Part shown: piece by piece, positions 56,205 to 64,000 of the stretch
Layout of the letters: each line of letters starts with the position of its first letter
Numbering within the stretch: position 1 is the stretch's first letter
Assembly: GCA_023213395.1 (NCBI GenBank)
Contig: CM041465.1
Coordinates: forward strand, 143,909,741 to 143,973,740
Reading direction: 5' to 3'
Source of the DNA: Cycas panzhihuaensis
Lineage: Eukaryota; Plantae; Cycadophyta
Length of the DNA stretch: 64,000 nt
The notes under the pieces: model-generated
Told to the model about the DNA's origin: nothing
Database searches by the model: none
The model's input: the letters and a program-made list of their open reading frames with translations, nothing else
Translations under genes and position numbers: made by a program

Positions 56205-57408
56205 TATTACATGACTAATCCTTTAAGCATTCAAGATAGAGAAATATAAATAGACATGGAAGAAACAAGACAAAGAAGAAGGTAAGGTTCTAAAGAATAT
56301 AATATCATATCATATCTCTCTTTACAATAGAGTGGGGTATATATAACACTCACCCCCTCATTATTATATTACAACCTTTATGTCAACTAATACTATTAAT
56401 TTTCATATGATAGAAGGTCATAACCCTCACTAACATGTGGTGAAATCTCATCACATACTCTCTCCCCTTAGATGCTTTGACCTCAAAGCATCCTGATACA
56501 TAGATGCATATGACCACCTCCTACTACTAGTGTTCAACTAATAAGTCCATCAAAGGTTGTCTAAAAATATGTGTATAGAATGAGGATCTATCTATCCCAA
56601 GTAGAGATTTATGGATTTAAAGCCTCTATGACCTTAGAACCTCAAGCTTGAATAATATGCATGCCTAAGGTACTTAGTTTATGAGGACTTTATATGATGA
56701 ATGCATCGATGCTGAGTCTCTTGATAATGTAGGTGTCAATAAGGTCCCACTTTGGTATGTGTTTCAACTTTTGATAAGTTATGCTCTTCCTTTTCCTTGG
56801 CTACAACTAGTGGTTTGGGAGGGTAAATAGCTTCTGTTACTTACTCTTAACATTCTTTTTCTCCCGTATCATCTTTCTTTTATTCTTAACTTTGATGAGT
56901 GGCAAAAATTTCTTATCACACCTAACAATTATAACTTTTGAGTATTTGATCATTTTCTTGTTTGTCTTACTAAAAACTTTACATCTTTTACCACTAAGAG
57001 TAATTATGTTTCATACAAAGAGCTAATTATAGACACAAAAATAAATTAAATAAATTAAATCTATACCACTCCTTAAACTAAAGGTAAGTCTCTCATTGTA
57101 GATATAATAAGGCTACTTCAATCATCTCTTTATTGTTCTTATAGCCACCATCAAGTGATTCTAAATATGCACACATATATGTAACCTAATAATCTATTGA
57201 AAAAGTCTCATCTATATTAAATATACAAAGTATGAGCCTTCTTGTAGCCACAATAATATGTATGTAGGAGAGATTAGATGGTTTTTATAGCCAATTAGCC
57301 CTCTTAATACAATATTAAACATTAGGAGTAATGGTTTTATGACCAAAGTTTAAATGGCCAAGAAAGTACAATATGAAACCCTTAAATTTAAAATTTTATC
57401 TCTAAACT

Positions 57409-57459
<51 letters not shown>

Positions 57460-58320
57460 AGCTTAAAAATACATAAAATATGGATTAAAATTATGGCCTC
57501 TAAAATATAATTCCAATGATTTAGATGGAATTAAATTCTAACATATGGATCAAAAGTTATAACCCTTTCTTAAAAATTGTTATTAGGGTTTCTAAGGATT
57601 ATAATAATACCTATTGGTAAAACATAAATAACTTTCTACTTTAGACTTTGCTTGACCTAAAACCACCTCCATTAGAAAGTAAATCTTCAAATACATAGAA
57701 TCAAAAAAAAAATTAAGGTCATTTGGATACTTGTAACTAAATTTATGGCTCCTTGAAGTTTAGGTTATAGATATATCCTAAAAATGTGGTGATAAAAAAT
57801 AAGCTAAAATTAAATATGTTATAATTTCTATAACTTTCTAACAAAAGCAACACTATGACCACTCAAAATTTGTTTAGCAGGCATTTTTATCTTAAAATCT
57901 CTATTGATTCTTTAAAAATATTTCATTTGAGGTCTTAATAAGCAGAACTTCCACATGCTAAAAACCTTTGAACAAAATAAAAGGGCCCTATCTTAGTACT
58001 TGTGGCAAAATGGATCCTTAGTTCTTACATGGATTAGAAATGACTCTGATACCACTTATTACATGACTAATCCTTTAAGTATTCAAGATAGAGAAATATG
58101 AAGAGACATAAAAGAAATAACATAAAGAGGATGGTAGGGTTTCAAAGAACATAACATCATATTATATTATTATATCATATTTCTCTTTACAATAGATTGG
58201 GGTATATATAACACTCACCCCCTTATTATTATATTCCAATTTTTATATAAACCAATCCTATTAATGCTCATATGGTGGAGGGTCATAACCCCCTCTAATA
58301 TGTGGTGAAGGCTCACCACA
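56205..58320 (-). mobile_element. 2.1 kb non-autonomous TRIM-like LTR element, probably chromovirus-derived
   Basis: LTRs 56205-56455 and 58057-58320; perfect TSD TATTT (56200-56204, 58321-58325); PBS TGGTATCAGAG 58044-58054; PPT AAGGGGAGAGAG about 56458-56469; internal (AT)n 57411-57456; 3' end ML*GQSI*GE resembles that of the Reina-like element. Confidence 0.9.
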
Positions 58321-59352
58321 TATTTAGTTGAGTAGAAAGAACCACAGTAAGAGGATAATACTTAGAGTAAGTCATAGGAGTTAGGTTCTTTTCAACTAGG
58401 GAAGGATAATATAGGAATATCTAAAAAATACTAGTTTCTCTTTTACCTTTTCTTTTTTCTTTTTTTTTTTGGGGGGGGGGGGATGGGTTGGGTGGTGGGT
58501 TGTAGTCTGTTAGTAAAATCATATATATTCACCTAGTGATCAAAAGTACAAGCTATATTATATTAAAATAAATCTTAACATAAGATCTATAATAAGATTA
58601 TCTAAGAAAAATTATGTAGGGGTGGAAAAATACACCCAATATTTATTTATGTAAAAGGTAAGAAAAAACCTAAAAATGACTTATTATAAATATTTGTAAG
58701 GATAGTTATATTTTAGTAAGTAAAGATAATTAAGGATTTTAGGGTTCTAAATTAGGATTTTTAAAACATTTTTATACCTTTTTATTAGTAGATAATATAT
58801 TCTCTAGTATAGTTCTTTTAGCAAGCATTAGAAATTTTAAGAAAGTGTTTTTTAATGTAATTTTCTTTAAATTTCTTTTCACTTACATGTATTATTTCAA
58901 AAGTTGGCACCCCATTAGTAGCAAGCACCCTACATTAGTTAAAGAATTATTAATCTTTAAATTCCTATTTTTTCTTTTTTTTTTCCATATTGTTATTGTT
59001 GAAATGGCTAGTAATTTAAAGGCCTCATATAGATTACATAAAGAGCATATATATTAAATGCCTCTTTAATATGTAAATTTAATTGGTATCAGTTCCTTCC
59101 TTTTTTAAATAGCTTTTTAGTAAGTGATATAAAATCTAAAGCAATACATCCTTAAGTGTATGAAAAAGGGTTAAAATTCATATAATTAATAGTAGTACAA
59201 GATCTATGTGTGTGTATGTATGTGTTTGTATGTATATATGTATATAGAAACTCACAACACAAAGTATTACAACCATGACCTTTTCAACAGGAATATCTAA
59301 CTTATAACTATAAATGTACATCATAAATGGAATGTTTAGAAGGGCCATAACA

Positions 59353-62300
59353 CCTTTAATCTGACAATCCTTATTCTATCTCATATCTTTATTATTCGTC
59401 ACATCCTTTTATTTCTTGTAATATTCTTTTCTTACAACTCATGCCTTGAGTGATAATCACCTCATATTCTCTCATATCATCAATAAGATATAGGATGTGA
59501 GATGTTGCCCATTTCTCACACTCACACTCTCCTTCATCAAAACATATGCAAGAAGTAGGATGTGAGATATCACACCTTCCCTCACATCTCACAACTAGCA
59601 ACTTCTAATACTAAAATATTACTTTTTGTCTTTGCATCTATGAGATGCAAGGTGTGAGATGTTTCTACCTATTTGCTTTAAATTTTGGCTAAGTCCATAT
59701 GGTGGAGCTTCTTCTAGTTGTGTTCTACCTATAATCTTGCTTAGTGCTTCTATATTCGTTCTACTAGTCCTTTAATGCTTTGCATGGCTCAACCTAGTTC
59801 TAATAACACTCTACCAAATATTCTTACATAAATGGAGTTGTCTTGCATCAATATAAATAATACTCCAATGGGATTATAGTAGTTCTATATTCTCCTATGG
59901 CCAATCCCTTACAAAGATTTTCCACTCTATTTTTCTATCACTCTTATTATGTACTCCCCATGTAATAATATCTTACTGAAGAATCTGGTTCCTTTTTTAT
60001 AATGGAGGGAACACTAAAAATAATTTATAAGTATTAGCATATATTTATATACAATTACAAAGGCCTTGGCCTTAGATATAATCCTACAAATTAACAACAA
60101 GATGATGTATCCTTTTACATGATAGAGCATGGAATAAAAATCCACCTCACAATAATATGTTCTGTGCTTATAAATAAAAATAATTGCATCATGATTATCA
60201 TACAAAGGTTGTCTCTAATTATGTTGAACTTGGGCCCTTATATCACCTCCCTCTTTTCAAAAGTATCATCCTTGATGCAACCTTTTCTACTGCAAAGAGA
60301 TGATAACACCATTGTTGCATTTTACTCTTTAGCTTCCATGTTTCCTACTTCGATGTTTGGTACTTCTATAAGACTTTTACCTACTCAATGTGCCTCTTTC
60401 TTAATTGTTTTCCTCTTTGGCCTAAGATTCCTATAGGTTCTTCTTCAAAATCTATATCTAGTCTACTTATATTATTAGACCAATCAAACACATACTTTAA
60501 ATTTGATATATATTTCTTTATAAATAAGACATGAAACACATTATGGATTTATAGATTAAGTGGTAGTGTAATTTATAGGTAACTTTTCTTATTTTCTCCA
60601 AAAGTTCAAATAGTCTATAGTACCTTAGAGATAGTTTTTAATACTTTCCTAAGTCAAGTGAATTGTGCTTAGGTCTTACTCATAAGAACATGTGCTCATC
60701 AACTTAGAACTCTTTTAGCATTCTTTCAAATCTACATAGTTATTTTGCCTTCTTGAACTATCTTTAGTTTTTTCTAATGTCAAGAACTTACTTCTCCATC
60801 TTCTATAATATTTAAAGACTCAAAATATGTTGGTCCTCCAAGTTCTCCTAATTAAATGGCATGTTGCACCTTCTTCCATATATTATCTCAAGATGACTCC
60901 TTCCCAAAGAGAAATGTATGGCATTATCATAGGTAAATTTAGCCAAGTAGAGATAGTTTTCCTAATAAGATGGTTGTTTTATTATGTACATTTGAAGAAA
61001 TCTTTTAGTACTTAATTCACTCTATTTGTTTGTCCATTGAATTTGGATGACATGTTGTGTTAAATTTTAACTTTGTCCTTAATTCTTTAAATATGGATAG
61101 CCAAAAATTTAAAGTAAATTTAGCATCTCCATCTAATATAATGGATTTAGGCACACCATGTAATCTTATAATTTATTTTTTTAAATGCATACTATATCAA
61201 AAATGATATGAGTAGCATGTATTACAATGAAGTACACCAACTTTATTAACTTGTTCACTACTGTTATAATAGCAATGTGTTGTTGGAAGCTCCTTGGTAA
61301 TCTTATCATGAAATCTATAGCAATTGTCCCCAATTTCTATTCTAAAATCTCTAATAGTTGTAGCAAACCTACTAGATATTTATGTTCTACATCGACTCTT
61401 CGATATATCAAACACTTTGTTATGAATGTCACAATCTCACCTTTTATTCTTGGCTAATAAAATTATCTTCTCACTACTACATATGTTTTGTGATAAATGG
61501 GATGACCTAGATATAGTGTGCCATAGGGTTCTTAGATAATCAATACCCTAATTTATGAATCTAGTGGCACATATATTTGTTACTAAGAGGTTAGTATGTT
61601 ATTTTTTGTTAGTTGGAAATGAGTGTACTTTCTTAATAGCTTAACTTCTAAGTTGACTCAAGCATGTTGATTTTTTAAGAACTCCTTAGATTACTCGTAT
61701 ATATCATCCTCTTCACACCCTTTTAAAACAAAGCCAACTAAGTTAAGTTATTATGTACTCATGGTTGTAGCATACAACTCAAAGCATCAACCACTTTATT
61801 TCTTTGTCTTTAATATAATATGGTTGAAAATTAGACTCATATAAGTACTCCATTCACCTGCGTTATCTTGTATTAATGTATGTAGTATGAATATATGCTT
61901 AGGACTATTAGAACCTATGTGAAGCTTGAAGCTTCTCCCTATCAACTAATGTGTTTATACTTTGAGTGCATATATAAATATTTCAAGTTCAAAATCATAA
62001 ATTGGATAATTCCTTTCATGATTCTTTAATTTCCTTAACATATAAGAAACAACTTATATACCTTACATTAAAATTGAACCAAGGCATTTAATGCTTACAT
62101 TAGTATAAATTAAGAAGCTTATATTTGGATTGGGTATATCGAGTATAATAGTTACTTCAATAGTTGAAATCTTTCTTCACATGAATTTATCCACATGAAC
62201 TTGGCTCCCTTCTTTTATAAATAGGTAATGGGTCCTATAATTTAGGAGAAGTTTTCCATATATCTCTAATAATACCCTATAGGTTCCATGAAAATTATTA

Positions 62301-64000
62301 CCTCATGTACATTCATTTATGATGGCTAATCTATAATTACTATGATTTTCTATGGATTAATAAAGAAACTTACTTTAGAGATAACATGTCTCAAATAGTA
62401 AATTTTCTCTTTATAGAACTCATATTTACTTAGATAAGCATATAACTTATACTCTATAATACATAAACACTCCTTGTGCTCTTATTTAGTTTTTTAGTGG
62501 ACTAAGATGTCATCAATGAATACAATGGCAAATTTATCTCAGTATTTTATGAATATTCTATTCATCAAGCATATAAATGTAGTAAGTGCACTAGTCAAAA
62601 TGAATGGCAGTAACAAAAATGTATAATGCTCATACCTTGTCCTAATAACTATCTTAAAGATAAATCATCCTTGATTATGATTTGATAATAACTTAACCTC
62701 AAATCTATTTTGGTAAATAGATTCACCCCTTTCATTTGATCAAATAACTCTCCAATTCTAAGCAAGGGACATTTATTCTTGATTACTACCTTGTTTATTT
62801 ACCTAAAATCTATAAATAGTCTTATGTTCTATATTTCTCGTTATAAATAGAATAGGTACTTTCCATGATGATATGCTTAGTCTAATAAGATATTTATTAA
62901 GTAAATCTTATAGTTTCATCTTTAATTATGTTAACTCTAGAGCAACTAGGTGATATGGTACTTTAGATATTAACTTTGCTCTTGCTAGAAGCTTAATCAC
63001 ATAGTCAATATCCTACTTGGGTGGCAATTTGGAAGTTCATTTGAAAACACATCTTTGAAATCTTAAATAACTGGAAGATCTTTAATGTTGGATTCCTTAA
63101 GAGTTTCTTCCTCACTAATATGAGTTATATCTTCTTTGTATCCTTTCTTTAAGCATTTCTTCACTTATATGGCTAGAATGTATTATATGATAACTAGGAG
63201 TTTCTTCCCTTAGATAAGTGTTTTGTCTCCATTATCATCCATACATTCTATTATCTTATTATAGATGTCCATCTTAGCATGGTGCTTTATTAATAGTTCT
63301 AACTAAATAATGGCATCATAATCTCATAATAGCAAAATCTAAAAAGTAACATAAGTAGACCATACTTCCTATTCTAATGGACACAAAGGTATATAGTCTA
63401 TCACCTTTCTCCTATTACCATTAGTCATATATATATATTTCACTTATCCTTATACTTTTCTATCTTAACATTGTACTTATCCACAATTTGAGGATACAAG
63501 GAGTTGTAGTTACTTCTTGAATTAATGAGTATGATGATGTTTTTCCCTATAATTTTTCCTAGTGTTTGAGCCATGATGAATTAATGATCAACTTACCTTC
63601 CTTTCATTACTATATGGGCATGTATAACACCTTCTTCCTAAACTACATCTATTACTTTAACTTATATTTTAACATCATGGGATCTACCTCTTATTCTTGG
63701 CCTTTATGGATAATTATTAGTACTATTCCTTAGTTTATTACATTAATAATATCTAACTTCTTTGAAACTCTTAAGAGCATTCAAATATGGTAGGCTAGGC
63801 CTTCGATTGTCTTATGGGTGGTTGAAATCTCTCACTTCTTGATTGAACTAGTATAACTTGAAATTCTTCCTTGATTATACTTAGATTAAATGGAATCCAC
63901 ACCCCACCCCCCACCCCCCCATGTAACTAAATTATCATGAGGTCTCTTATTCTAATCTTTATAATATCTAGCCTTGTTATTCACTTATTTTAATATTTTT
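59353..64000 (-). mobile_element. Tekay/Del-like gypsy (copy B): truncated 3' LTR (59353-60242), decayed pol, and gag end continuing beyond the window
   Basis: PPT AAAAGAGGGAGG about 60245-60257; chromodomain-like VKVL*KY..ETW about 60340; INT LHGVPKSII about 61150; RH NYPIYDFEL about 62000; [20 protein letters not shown] about 62750; PR ILINSRSNYNSL about 63510. Confidence 0.8.

Noticed and set aside
58450-58500. T-run/G12 and GGG tracts (also the C-rich run at 63895-63920) as functional G-quadruplexes
   Set aside because: They look like local homopolymer expansions; the 63.9 kb run is absent from the homologous position in copy A (about 20185)
59083-59095. PBS-like TGGTATCAG suggesting another element start
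   Set aside because: Only a 9 bp match, not preceded by an LTR CA end and not followed by gag

Overview
AT-rich plant (probably gymnosperm-type; inferred) heterochromatic DNA made almost entirely of nested, mostly decayed retrotransposons; no intact cellular gene, RNA gene or CRISPR array is visible. From left to right: a minus-strand Ty3/gypsy non-chromovirus (Tat/Ogre-like, 1-19293) is interrupted by a 3.5 kb non-autonomous LTR element carrying a ubiquitin-RPL40 fragment (1914-5460) and by a full-length Tork/Tnt1-like copia (6581-11923). A truncated Tekay-like element follows (about 19620-24188). A plus-strand chromovirus (about 24850-59350) is split by a probable 3.5 kb solo LTR (26675-55895), which hosts two elements. 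The first is a 12.3 kb element with short LTRs and no gag/pol (26848-39183) that carries an intronless tandem-BRCT (At4g02110-like) reading frame, a 2.3 kb TA microsatellite and a young, nearly intact L1 LINE. The second is a Reina-like chromovirus (40247-53559) containing an aberrantly integrated copia (42746-50149). A small deletion-derivative LTR element (56205-58320) and a second Tekay-like element (59353-64000) complete the window. The best candidate for an undescribed system is the pair of short-LTR, pol-less elements carrying host-gene cargo, especially the BRCT frame that runs about 630 codons without a frameshift to the PPT. All calls come from manual reading and recalled motifs, not from database searches.
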